The notes under the pieces: model-generated
What the model was told of the DNA's origin: nothing
The model's input: the letters and a program-made list of their open reading frames with translations, nothing else
Database searches by the model: none
From: Owenia fusiformis
Lineage: Eukaryota
Length of the DNA: 64,000 nt
Reading direction: 5' to 3'
Assembly: GCA_903813345.2 (NCBI GenBank)
Contig: CAIIXF020000001.1
Span: forward strand, 36,208,001-36,272,000
Made by a program: the position numbers and the translations under genes
Part shown: in pieces, positions 1 to 14,100 of the stretch
Layout of the letters: each line of letters begins with the position of its first letter
Numbering within the stretch: the first letter of the stretch is position 1

Positions 1-2137
1 AACCAATATAGAGATGATCAATATAAACAAGTATGAATTTTTTATTAAAATGTCCTCCATATTCTTTCAATATTGAAACTGAACAATATTAGTATTTCAG
101 TGAAAATTTTAAAATTGTATTTTAGAACCTTGAGAATGATAGGTTCTGTTTAATTATTAAGAATGCATGGAGTCATTTATTTATTTCTATTTAATCTTTC
201 ATAGCTATACGAATACGACACGTATGTTGCAAATAATTGGAATAGTTCAACGACTATGCAAGCTTCACTGGGAACACAAAAGACACACATTTTATTAAGA
301 TTTCAAACAAGTATGTGTTCATGTGCATTCATCCATGTTCATTTACAGGGTATCAAAAACAAAGGCATTACCACTAGTTATTTTTGTCTAAGGAGAAGGG
401 ACTTATTTTCAGATTTATATAAATTTTGCCATTTTTAAGTGCTCTCATATGACACTTCATATATATCTGCAAATAACATGAAATATGCAGTCAAATTTAG
501 TTTGGAAAGTAATTCTGATTATGAAGACCAAAATCAACAAGAATCTGTCTGAAAGGAAGTTCTATTGCCCTTCAAATATTTTTATTCTTTATTATAATTA
601 GATGGAGAGCTTGGAGAGGATGACATAAAAAGTACTTATTAGTACTGGATTTCAAAACACTGCCCCCTGAATATGATACAACTGATATAAATTTGGCAAA
701 GGAATGTTTATACATGGTCTAATACTAGTAACAACCTTGTTAATATTTTGACACCTATATACATGCTTAACTCAGGAGGATTATTTCAATTAAACCACAA
801 AACATACGTGAAGTCAATGTGTGACATGTGACAGTGTTACATAACCTCTCAGATGAATAAGTTCCCATCTGGTCTTGCTGACTTTGTTCAGCATGTATAG
901 GAAAATAACATGGCAAATGGTCTGTAGTTAATTATAACCAGAAGGTCTGAAATCATGTACCCTGCTTAAACAGATTTATAATATAACAAAGTCAGCACTA
1001 ATAACATGTCCCCACTAAACACCAAACGTATGAAGTAAATTACCTAGAGGCTAGTAGTTGGTAGATAATTTGGGGAAGATAACATGCCAGAGAATTATGA
1101 AGTTGAATAGTGGACCACTTCAAAAGCAAGTTTGAATATTTTATCATGAAAATCATGCATTTAGTCTTACATCACACATCTCTCTGAACCAGATCACTGA
1201 CTGCACCCAGTGGTGAATTATTCCCACAAAAATAAAGCCATCATATCAAGCCAGAAAATTTTAGCTGAACTTATTTCCCAATATTTCTTCTTAAAATTGA
1301 TAACTGTGAAAAATATTTCTATCCAAGCCTAATGTCACTGCAAGGGGAGAAACCCCTCCTTGTCTGTCAGTTTAAACAAGTCCAAATGTTAATGAATACA
1401 AAAATTTGTTTACATATTCTAAAACAGAAATCTCCACGTTGAATTAGTGAAACACTAATGATATGTCATCCCTCTTGTGGTGACATAAAAACAAATTAAC
1501 ATTTACATAAACATGTTGAATACAAAATTGAGCTTTTTGTGTGATTGACCAGGGTGTAATATTCTATTTCATCTAAGTATTGCCCCATTCCCCAGGTAAA
1601 ATGTTGAACACTGAAATCTAGGATTAATTAACCCAAATGCACCTAGCAACAAGTTGAATGCCATCAATCACAACATGAAACTTATCTTACACTTCCATTT
1701 ACATTACAGTTGTACATACTGATATATATATTTGTATACCATACTGTACAAATCCCTTACTCATTCTGGTTCCTTGTTCTGTTCTCAATGTTCAGTCCTA
1801 TTTTCTCTGTCTTCCAAATAACTTTATTACAAATTTGCAATTCATTCTTGATTTACTCAGTAAATCATATTCAACTTCTATGTATTCATTCTCTTAGTTA
1901 TTTTCATTCTATTTTTCATTTGATTCCTAAGGTTGGTCTCAATTGACCTGTCATCCTCTGGCCTTCAAAAGTGCCTAGATGACACCCTTAATGCCTAGCT
2001 GACACCCCAAATGCCAAGGTGACACCCCCGATACATGACTCCCAGATGCGTTTGTCATAGCACAGCAACACTAACATGCAGCACTTGGCACAGTGCAGGT
2101 ATATTTGACATCTACCCAATTGTTGTGCGGCTTGCTG

Positions 2138-5100
2138 TCAGGTCACCTCCATTGCTGCGACCTTCTCTTTCACAAGACTCTCAATCAGTGTTGTATTTTC
2201 AGTGTCATGGTCATCCCTGGAATATAGTTGAAAACTTTTTGTAAATGAACCTTATTTACTCCAAAAAATGTTTTAGTTTTAGTACTTCTAATTTTGCATT
2301 GTCAGAAGAATAGAACTTTTAATTAAATTTGACAGGAATCAGTATAGTAATTTTAATGGTAGATGGAAATCACCTTGCAGTTAAACCTCATTACTTTAAA
2401 AATTGGTTTTTCAAAAATTTTATTTAGTCAAAAAGGGCAGGTGGATGGTTTGCAATTTAGCTGGCAAGAGTATCATCTTTTTTGGATTATGATACTTACT
2501 TTGGCAAAGCATTATTGTTGGCTGTGGACCCAACCTTAAGTAGGTTGGTAACTGGATGGGTGGGCGTGACTGCCTTTGTTGCTAGTACACTGACTGGCGA
2601 TGGTGAACTTAACCCTGTTGCTATGGAAACTGGACCTGTTGCTATGGATACAGGAGTAGGTATAGTGGCATTCTGTGGCATGATTGGATAGTTGAGTTGT
2701 AGAACACTAGCAGCTGGTGATATTGAGAAGCAACTTGTTCCTAGGAATAGTAATAAAGATATAAATCACTTGACATTCAACTATTGAGAAACATGCGTTA
2801 TAGAGCATGGTTATAAATCCTCTGACATCCTTTAATTTTTAATTGCTCTAAATAACCCATTGATATATTCATATCAGGGGCCAATAATGCATTGCCTCGG
2901 CCCTAGTATTGTTTCAAGATGATGCACTATAAGGAAGAAGCTTTACATGAGAATCAATCATTCAAATACCTACCATCTGGGTCTGTGATTGGTCCATTGA
3001 GGGTGACTGTTGTCGTAGTGACTGTGTTTGTTGTATCTGATAATTGACTGAGACTTTGTGTAGTACTAACAACTGCCGATGCTGCAAATTGTGCCGTCGC
3101 AGAGTCCAATGTAAACTTTGACGTTGGTTGTGAACTAAAGGAATGTTCTAAACTAAATGATGAATCTAAATCAGTTTGTTTTAATAATTGTTCTTGTTGC
3201 TGCCTTTGCATTTCTATTAATTGCTCCTGATGATCATGAAAACTCTCAATATTAAACTCTGTTACTGTAGGCACCGTGTCGATGGGAGAGAGGGCACGAA
3301 ATGGCACTGTTGTAGGTGATAGTGGCTCATCAGTGGGTGTTCCAGGACGGAAATGTAAACTGAAAGAGAAATATGAAATTCTATGATAAGCAGAATTGAC
3401 AGGGAGTAGGAAGTTCAAAACTTCAAATTCCATACAACAAGTACTGTGTACTCAAATGGATTATTTGAAAATACTTTCTTTCCCCATACCAATCACCTTG
3501 TTAAAAATTGTATCATCACTCACAATGTAAGTTGTCATTCTAAATATCAGTGTTTCATTTTAGTGACACTTATGGAACGGTTTAATTGCCAGGATACCCC
3601 TAGAAAGTAGTTCATTGAGTGGGAAATACAGCAATGTCAATATTCAATTACGTTCCCCTAATTTTAGCAGTTTCCCAAAAATGACAATTGGCCCCTTACA
3701 TCGTGACAGAATCATTTGGGGCCCCTCATCTTTCCATTTTTACACCTCAGACATTACCTCTTCAGTAATACAGTATTAGGAAAGACATGCTTCCAAAAGT
3801 GCCTAATTCTGTCAAGTGTTTAAGCTGAACGGAGAAAGCAATGACTAAACAATCAGCTCAAAGGAGTAGCCATTCATGAATGTATTTACATGTACTTACA
3901 TTTTTCTTTCCTTTATATAGGAGGGATAATCTTGAAGACCATTTGGTGTATGGTAACCTGAAGAAGTGAAGTCTAAGTCAAACAAGCCATCATCCCAGGC
4001 AGTGCTGGCTCGGTCTAGTATTATCCTGCAAGAAGCAATCATATCAATTAAGAAGCTCATATATGACCTCTAAAATAGGAATTATCTGACAGCTCCCCAA
4101 TTTCATATGAGCGAATAAATACAAACTGGAAGAGACGACAAAAAAAAGTTAATGCATTTCACAATATCACTCAGAGCATTTTCACATAATAACACATTAT
4201 AAAGGTAGATGTATGATGTTATACGTAATACACCACTAAAAGGTTATCAAACCATATAGATAGTAGCAACTATGAACTAAGGGAAATCCAGGTGACACAA
4301 AAAATGCCAACATCCAATTTTGGAATAACTTTCTCAATAATTAGTGAATTTTCATGATTTCTTTTGAGTAGATAGAGTGCTCAGAGCATGAAAGATCAGT
4401 ATGCTTGTATAGCACTTTGAAATCTAAATATTTTTCGTTTTAGTGGAGGCATGCTCTGGCATCAAATCACTCAAAACAATCAACAAGGCACAGACGTTAA
4501 CAATATCGTACCTAAAACACAGCAGTGTGACAGTGAAGAATTAAGGACGGAAAATCCAAAATGGCCACCTTAAAATTTACCCAGAATGCCCAAAAACTAA
4601 TCAGTTCTTAACTTTGATACGTAGAAACATCCCTGAAAATTTCAGATGAATCCATCAAATGGTTTGGCTGGAAACCTGTAGACAAGTCTTGAAAGTGAAG
4701 ATTTTAGGACGGAAAATCCAAATTGGCCACCTTAAAATTAACCCAGAATGCCCAAAAACTAATCAGTTGTTAACTTTGATATGTAGAAACATCCCTGTAA
4801 ATTTCAAATGAATCCGTCAAATGGTTTGGCTGGAAACCTGTAGACAAGTCTTGAAAGTGAAGATTTTAGGACGGAAAATCCAAAATGGCCACCTTAAATT
4901 TTACCCAGAATGCCAAAAAACTAATCAGTTCTTAACTTTGATACGTAGAAACATCCCTGAAAATTTCAGATGAATCCGTCAAATGGTTTGGCTGGAAACC
5001 TGTAGACAAGTCTTGAAAGTGAAGATTTTAGGACGGAAAATCCAAAATGGCCACCTTAAAATTTACCCAGAATGCCCAAAAACTAATCAGTTCTTAACTT

Positions 5101-8100
5101 TGATACGTAGAAACATTCCTGAAAATTTCAGATGAATCCGTCAAATGGTTTGGCTGGAAACCTGTAGACAAGTCTTGAAAGTGAAGATTTTAGGACGGAA
5201 AATCCAAAATGGCCACCTTAAAATTTACCCAGAATGCCCAAAAACTAATCAGTTCTTAACTTTGATACGTAGAAACATTCCTGAAAATTTCAGATGAATC
5301 CGTCAAATGGTTTGGCTGGAAACCTGTAGACAAGCTGAAAAGTGAGACGCCGTCCGCCCGCCCGCCAGTCAAGCGGACGACAATATCGTACCTTTATTAG
5401 GTACAATAATAAAAATGTAAATTAGCAGGTCAAAGCGATCAGCTGTGTTTACACACTACACAGTAGCACTACAATGACATGATACATTAAGAGCATGGGT
5501 AGATGGAAATTACCACCTTACATGTTGAAATTTAACAAAATTCCCATACCTGCCACCTCTGCCCACTCGCCGCCTGGCAAACCCGACGCTTCGACGTGGT
5601 ATTGATAAAGACGTAAGAGAGTAGCGATATTTTTTATCTCCAAATCCACCTTCCTCTTGCCCTGCCCAAGACCAATTGCCAAGACCATCTGGGATTGGCT
5701 GCAAAAATAGTATCATTCTAACATCAATATCTGTTATATGCCTATCGGTTTCCGGACAACTCAGACCCAGGACAACTCGGACCCTGGACAACTCGGACCC
5801 AAGACATCTCGGACCCAAGACAACTCGGACCCAAGACAACTCGGACCCAAGACAACTCGGACCACTTTTTGAAATGATGATTTTTATCAATATATATTAG
5901 GTTTTAATTATTTTTTAGGTTTATTTTGACATATATTATATATTGTGAATTCATATGTTATGTTAATTTGATGAAATTGTTTTAAATTAACGTTTTGATG
6001 AGAGTTAAGAAGTAAGAAATTATTGAAGCTAAAGACCCAAGACAACTTGGACCACTTTTTGAAATGATGATTTTTATCATTGTATGGGGTTCTAATTTTT
6101 TTTGTTTAATGTTTTTTTATGACATAAATTATATATTGTGAATTGATATATTGTGTTAATTCGATGAATTTGTTTTAAATTAAATTAACTTTAATTTCAA
6201 AAAGTGGCCCAAGTTGTCTTGGGTCTTAAGCTTCAATATTCTCTTACTGGTCTTACTTCATAACTTTCATCAAATAAGTTAATTGAAAGGTTACCAATTG
6301 AAAGATCTTCATCAAATAAATACAATATATAAACTCACAATATGTCATGTCAAACATTAAAGAAATAGTCCCCAGTTACGAAAACCAAAAGTATAAATTC
6401 AGAAAGTGGTCCGAGTTGTCTTGGGTTTCTAGTTTCAATATCTTCTACTTAATTTTCATCAAATAAGTCAAATTAAAACATTTTTTATCATATTAATACA
6501 AAATATGAATTCACAATATATAATATGTGTATTAATTTTCATAAATGAAAAAACAAAACCACTCATTATGATAAAAATCATAATTTTAAAAAGTGGTCCG
6601 AGTTGTCTTGGGTCCGAGATGTCTTGGGTCCGAGTTGTCCAGGGTCCGAGTTGTCCTGGGTCCGAGTTGTCCAGTTACCTGCCTATCCATTACGTGTAAA
6701 ATTTTCATTTTATATGATTTGTAAATTATATCATCAATAGACTGTGAAACTACATAAGGTCAATCTACTAAATAACATGAAAAAATATCACCATCTACAA
6801 AATATGCAATATGTAGACACAAAACACTGTTCGTTAATTGTCATTACCTCTTGTTCCCACCACGTTAGCCTTGTAGCCAACTTATATATCAACCGACAAA
6901 AATTTCTATAAAAATTCTGATCTTCCCTTTCTCAAAATGTTTTATTCAATCTTGCCAATTCTGGGATAAAATTGGCTATTAATTTGTCAAAAATTGAACT
7001 AATTCCCCAACCTGGAAATTGTGAAGCTATCTTGATGAAAGGTGATTCCAGACATGTTACTTACAGCAAGGTAGTTACATGAAAGGTGATTCCAGACATG
7101 TTACTTACAGCAAGGTAGTTACAGCCAGCTTTGCGCTTGAAGCCATAGATACCATCAGGATCATTTTCATCTTCATGGTCAGATGCGGATAATGGCTGCA
7201 AATAGACACATTTTACTACATTGAGACAGTAGACATTCTTTAGATTGGTGCACTACATAATCTAAACATATTTAGGGTAATAAACTGTTGCAGGCCAATT
7301 TTTGTCATTGCTGATATTGTATTGTTCTGGATCACATCAAAATATATCTTTGATATTATAATATTTGTTTTTAAATGTACCTTGGAACTCTTCATACTAA
7401 ATCACTGCATTTTCACTATACATGCATACATATTGAGAAACCATTAGAAAATTATTTCTGAAATTACAACATAATAAATAAGTAAATGAATTTGGATACT
7501 TACAGGGGATATTTCTTCTTCTGAACTATACATATCGGGATTGAGGATGTCCACCTCTGTATACACGGGAAGGTTTGACTGACTTTGGGAAGAGGGAGCT
7601 GATAAATGAACAGAGTTTTTATGCTTTCTTTTCCGATATTCTCGCTTCTTTCTGACATAATTTTCATCCTGCAATGAAGAAATAAACAGATTGAAGAAGT
7701 TAGCAGATAGAGAAATCTTGTTTTAAATTGAATCCATCCAGGGCCAGATATTTTTGTACAATACCAGGAGAGTTTTTAAACTTTAGAACTCCTTGATCAA
7801 TTGTTCTCTTTATCTCTGGGTTAATAATTTCTCGGATAAAAATAAGTGATATTAGAATAATAACTTAAAGCATTCTGTTGTTAAACACAGGCATTTTTAC
7901 GATTACAAAAAAAGTGCAGTATAATGTTATGTGAAACATATTAAAGTGGCATAGCTATATTTGATACAAGAATTTGATTTACCCTAGACCAATTATTTGG
8001 TAGTGGAAAGTATTGTGGTCGTATGTGACGTTGAGACATTGCATGATCATAAGCCCGGCCTTCGAAGTCACCTAGTGCATATCTGCAATATAATTGTAAA

Positions 8101-11100
8101 GTATAAATGCCAGTCAAAGTATGGCCAAACTACAAAGGACCTTGGCATGACATTCGTAGAGTCAAGATGAGGGAAAGCCCCAGAGCTTAGAGATAACAGA
8201 CATGATTACGTCTCTTGCTTACCACCTTCGTTTGTTCGAATTTTCACCGGCTTCTAAATACTACGCTTCGATGTGATGTTTTAGTTGGTGTAGGCATATT
8301 CCATACACCTTTCTTTATCTTGATATGAAATAAGAAGCTATGACATTAGTTAACACGCCAAAAATGAACATAATATTATTTGAAGCGTATTTCTAAAAAT
8401 TTTGAGGCCGCCATTTTTGTTTGTTAATGTTGATCAATCAGAAATGTAGGTCATCTATTCTCAATACAGGTTTACATGATAAGAGTAGGTCATCTTTGAA
8501 CTCTGGTGTTAATAGTCATTATTTCTTGAAACAAACTCATATGTTTGGTATTTCTATAAAATGTGGAATGAAAATTCACCCTCATGTATAATATTCAACT
8601 CAATACTTTATTTTCAAATCAGAATTCTCATTTGATTGTTCTTTTCTCAACTTCTTAAGTTGGTGAATGTACACAATTTTTCTTGTTTTCCATTTAATAT
8701 TCTTCAAATAGGAGTGAATAACTTTTCAAAATATCAAGTGATTGTAGCACCCCTTTGCTTCAATACTGTTGGAGAGAGAACTTTAATCTTCTTTTCTATT
8801 TTAATCACGAAAACTTGTACATTACCTTTTATCTACAACTTCTACGGTTAACTGTAATAATTCTTTTTTACTCTTTTCCCGCCTTTTAATAATTTCTAGT
8901 AGTGTTCTAAAATAAAGAATTACATTGTTAACATAAATAGACATAAAATCATAAAAATCAATACTCTTCACAAAATATTTGTTGTCCAATAACATTTTTA
9001 TTTCAGAAATACATAGCTTTTGCTGTTCACTATTATCTAACAGTTTATCTTACAATTTGGATATGATTGAAAAAATCTTAACATGGGACTTTCTCAAGAC
9101 GCATTCAATCTTGATTAATACAACTGTTGCTAATGCTCATCAAATCCCACAGTTTAGAAATTGTCCCTGATTTGATCTGATCTATTATAACATTCCAGAG
9201 CAGGGACTCCAGATTGGAGAATTGGTTGATTTAATATGAGACTACACATCAATCATTTAATGTTTTGCATCGAGTTTTCCGAACATGTCGGTTGTAGATG
9301 AGACTTTCTATTAATTTTTCCAACTTCTAAGTTCAACGTATCTGTGTATAACAAACATCTAGGAAGGACATGCGAATAGATATTTAACTTATTTACCAAA
9401 AATTACTTCACACATTGTAGAAGAACAGTTAGGATTTACTTACAAAGCTCTATTGAGATCTCTTTTTAATTTGAGCATCTTTTCATAGGAAGCCTCGTCA
9501 TTTTTACGATTCTGAAATAAAATTAGGTTGATCAATTTGTTCATCAATATTTATTTATTTCGAATCCCTTCTTGTCAATTTCTAATCATCATCTTTGACA
9601 CTAAAATTACAACACATTCAAGTTTTGACAGTATTTCATGAAAATGTTTTAATACCACATATGTTATGTGCTACGCATGACTAAAACCAATCTATTGTAT
9701 GTTTTATCACTGCATTTGTGGGATTAACATTTTCAGTGTCTTAACTCATCTGACTATTGGAACACTGGTAGTGTCTAACTTTCAACCAAACTTTACCTTT
9801 CTGGTTTGCATTTTTTCTGTTCTGCGCCGGAAAGCGACATACGGATTGTTTGTAGTGGACCCATCTCGTTTCTCTGTTTTTACCTGAGGAATTAAACCAT
9901 GTTGCTGAAATGTAAATAAAATAATTAATAGTAACAAGAAACAAATGATAGTTTTGATTCAAATTTAATAGACACACATATGACTCTTACTCAATACTTA
10001 TTATATGTATATCATAACTTTTATGATAATTAGGTCAGCATATCATGTTACAGAGCTCTAATAAGTGTAATTTAAGAAGGTAGTCATCTCACAGTTTCTA
10101 CATGTTGCATGTACGTAATTCATAGAGACTTCATTGAAACTAATATCCCTAACAAAGAAGCAAGTGGGTACTTCACCCACTTAAGATTTTGAATATGAGC
10201 TTGTAGTTACCTGAAATCCATTCATAACTACTAATAATGAGCAAAATCAAGAAAATAAGAGCAATTATCATCTAAAAAGTGAACATTTTGAGAATTTTGC
10301 AACAACTTGAGAAGAAAATCCTGGGAAGAGCACTAATCAGTATGTGTTAGTATTACAGTGTTAATGAACTCACCTTATGGGAGCTGACAGTTCTTAGTCG
10401 TTTATTGAGCCAGTAGTCATATACAGCAATAATAAGGTCATCATCCTCCTTCAACAATAGCTTTGCTTCTTGAAGAGTCAACACCTAGAGTCAAAATCAG
10501 TTTATTCCATTTTTAATTAGATCAATATTGTTGATAGCATCAAGGGTGTATCTCCTCTTTTATAATCATTCTTCTTGAAGGAATTCAAATTGCTCCATCT
10601 TTAAATTAAATATGACTGGTTGATCAGTGGAACTTTCTGACACTCCATTCATTTTTTGCCTCACTGTAAATATGTTGCGTTCAAAATGGTTCAAGTTCAA
10701 GACTTGTCATAAGCAACTTTTAGTTGTTCCAGTTCTATTCTCCATTTAAGCATACTGTAGATACACTTAATTTGACTCCCATTAATTTGACGGATTGGCA
10801 GATTCAGAAAATCCGCCAAATTAAAATTTCGTCAAATTTCAATTTGGAATTTTTGTCCAACGCACCTCAGAAATTAAACTCCAAGGGCCCCTTTTCCCGT
10901 CAACATTTCATCAATTCTACATTATTCCAAAAGAAATACAGAAAATATCTTTGTAAACACCTGTCCTAATGACATAAACATCTAAGAAAATTAAACTGCA
11001 GTCCTGAATTCGCCAAATTAAATAGCTAGCAATATTTGAAATTGAGCAAATCCGTCAAATTAAGTAGCGTCAAAATAAGTGTATCTACAGTATCTTATGC

Positions 11101-14100
11101 ACTCACCTGCTGACCACTACTTTTCTCAAGTCTGTCCATCATTTCTTCAAATTTCACTGGTGTAACTTCCATCTTTTTGGTTTGTTTTGTGAGCCACTGC
11201 TCATCCTCACTGTCCATATCATAGTCTGGGATGTCATGCTCAACTCCAAATGCTACCAAAGCATAAATGAATAACTTAAACTGAATGTGGGGAGGTTCAA
11301 CCTTAGCATTACAAATAATTGTCCGTTATTTTCTAAGTAACTAAGTAACTTATTGTGCAATTATTTTAGGTTTTTGCAATTTTTGTGCAACATTTTACGA
11401 ATTTTCAGGTTTTTATGGAGCACTTTAAGGAGCACATAGAAATATTGGATGAGCATTTTTAAGTTATGGAAATGCTGCACCTCAGATCTTGAACAACTCA
11501 CAAAAGTACTGTATAATCATCTATTTTTCATCCAAAGTAGATTAATGTATTTGTTTTGTTACCAAGTTGTAATTCAGCATTAGAAATACAGTCTTTCAGG
11601 ATAACTGTTATAATGCTAGCAAGTGAGTATGTTTTTCAAATCTCATTTGTCATTCAAGTATCAAATCAATAATATGCCAGTTGATCTTTATACATGCTGC
11701 TTAATTTGCCACTTCAAGGTGTGGTAACAATTATGTCCCCTTCACATTAGATTTTCAAAAGAAAGCTTCATTTATTCTTTTTCAGTTACTGATAATCTTT
11801 TGAATATATCGAGCCTGTTATTGCCAGAAGGACGATTTTCAATTTTTGGTCATTTCCTCTGAATCATTGTTTATCCAATACTGACAAACATTTAATATTA
11901 ATTAAATGCTTTCTTCCAGCTCACTGCTTGGTTGAGACACATTTCCAGTAACCTTCCATTAAACGATGGAAGATATCGTTGAATTGTAGCACTATATATG
12001 AACAAATGATCATACTCCAGAGTTTCCATTTCATATAAGCCTAGTCTCATTTAGTTCATCAAAGCATAACGCCAACTATAAAGAATTCGATGAAAACTAA
12101 AAATATCGAGATCGACACTTCCTGTCCGCCATCTTAAATGCAAAAGTGACTGCAGTAACTTTCACTGATCATTTTGACAACATGTATACGAGGGATACTA
12201 GATTGGATCAACATTTGAACTTCCACACCAAAACTTATACAATTTGAAGTAATAAATAATGAATTCTTTATATTACTTCTCAAAAATTATAATGAATCGT
12301 CAACGTACAGCTGATGCGTCACCGTAAAAATTTGATATTTTTTAAATATACATAATGAATGGTTGTTTGTTGAATCTTCGCCCGTTCTAAAATGTGTAGT
12401 CGACAAATACATATTCTCATAAAAATAATCCATACTCTCAGACAGCAGGGAAAATAATAACCAAACAAAATGTGAAAAAACAACCTTTTTTCACTCTGGT
12501 CGATTATGTGGGCCGATTCACTCAGAAAAAATCCGAACAGTGCTCGTAAAACATTTATCATAATTACAAAGTTAAAACCATTCCTAAGAGAATGCTGTTT
12601 TTATTTCACATGAAATCGTATTAGTTTTCATCAAATTAATTTTTTTTAAACCCATGTCATAGTTTTTGTTTCAAAGCAGTTAATTTGCGTCACCGTACAG
12701 AAAACTGTACTCCGCTATTTTTTGACGCTGTACGGTGACGCCTACCTATGCGATGGTTAGGCGTGATTAGGCAGGTTTCACAAGAATTTCTCACAACAGG
12801 CTAAAAAATAAAAAAACAACAGTGAAATTAATGGATATCATAAATTTAACATGGAAAAATTAAAAAGTCCTTAAAAACAACAGGCCATTTTGTGAAAACA
12901 ACCAGTGAAAATCGCCTGTTGCCTGCTGCTAATGAAACCCCTGATTGGGGGTCGGCTGGATGAACTGTAAAATTGGATAAGTCGTTCAAAGGTTAATTTT
13001 AGTTAACCTTTGTGGTCAGGCTAACAATTATGCAACAAACGGTACTATATATTCATTTTTGGAATATTCAAATTTCAGTTGTCCTTCTGGCTAATTAAGA
13101 CTAGTAGCGAAATCTGTTTAACCTGATTTGTATTGTTTCTCTCTAAAATCAAAATCCAGAAGATTTTCAGAGTACTAAATCAGTTCATTTTTTCAATAGA
13201 AATCAACAAACAATATAGTCTTGCATAGTCTTACTACATAAAGCTTCACTGCTTCAGTCTGGAACAATATAAATTGTAAGAAGCCCTAGGGAGCAGTACC
13301 ACATACACCTCCAAAAGTAGCATCTACTAGATAAAACTTTTGTGCTTTTAAGAATGTTCCACTTATAAGATTTTACTGAATAAATGAAAACTGTATCAAC
13401 CATAACCAGAAGAACTGTTGACAAGATTATATAAGACAACACTGGCGGATTAGGGCCTGGGGGCCCGGGCCCCCCTTGGGTGGGCCCAGAAAAAAAATTG
13501 GGCCCAATATTTTTTTTGGGCCAAACAAGGCCTTCAGGCCCCAAAAAGTGGGCCTTTTAGGTCATTAGTGGGCCTTTTAAGGCCTTGTTTTTTAATTCCA
13601 GGCCAAATTTTGAAGAAAATAGGCCTCAAAATTTTAAAATTTGGGCCCACTTTTGGATTTTAGGTGCCCAAAATTATTTGGACGTTTTTTCTGACCTGAA
13701 ATTTGGGCCCCCCCCCCCCCCCTTGTTGGTTCCTAGATCCACCCCTGGACAGGTAGGGATGACTAGCAGGTATGTATGAGAAGGCTAATAGGTTTAATCC
13801 ATACCTTGCACATGCACAAATTGCTTAGGTGGCTTGTAAGTAAAATCTTCTGAGCCTTTATAGAGTGCATTGTAGGCTTCTACCCCTGCAACCTCAGGCA
13901 CAGGTATCTCTAGGGCTTCAGCTGTACCATATACTTGTTGTGCTGTTAATGCTCTCTGCAAATGGTGCTCCTGAAAAGACATATTTTATGCTGCAGTAAG
14001 ATAAAACAAGAACATGTAGATTTACTAATCTTCAGGTCTAAATTGATAGGTACATGAAGTCATGTACCTGTAATGGTTAATGGTCAGGGGTTGAGCTAGG

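Noticed and set aside
1972..2050. About four degenerate 20-bp repeats (TGCCTAG.TGACACCC) in the EPC 3'UTR
   Set aside because: Too short and degenerate to assign a function from sequence alone.
2954..3433. ORF-track entries at 2954-3433, 5510-5890, 7444-7674, 13794-13982 and 15783-15998 as separate genes
   Set aside because: They are exons of the single EPC gene read through into introns.
5755..5865. Short regularly spaced repeats resembling a CRISPR array
   Set aside because: 19-bp head-to-tail units with no unique spacers, mirrored at the other end of a TSD-bounded element in a eukaryotic intron; no cas genes.
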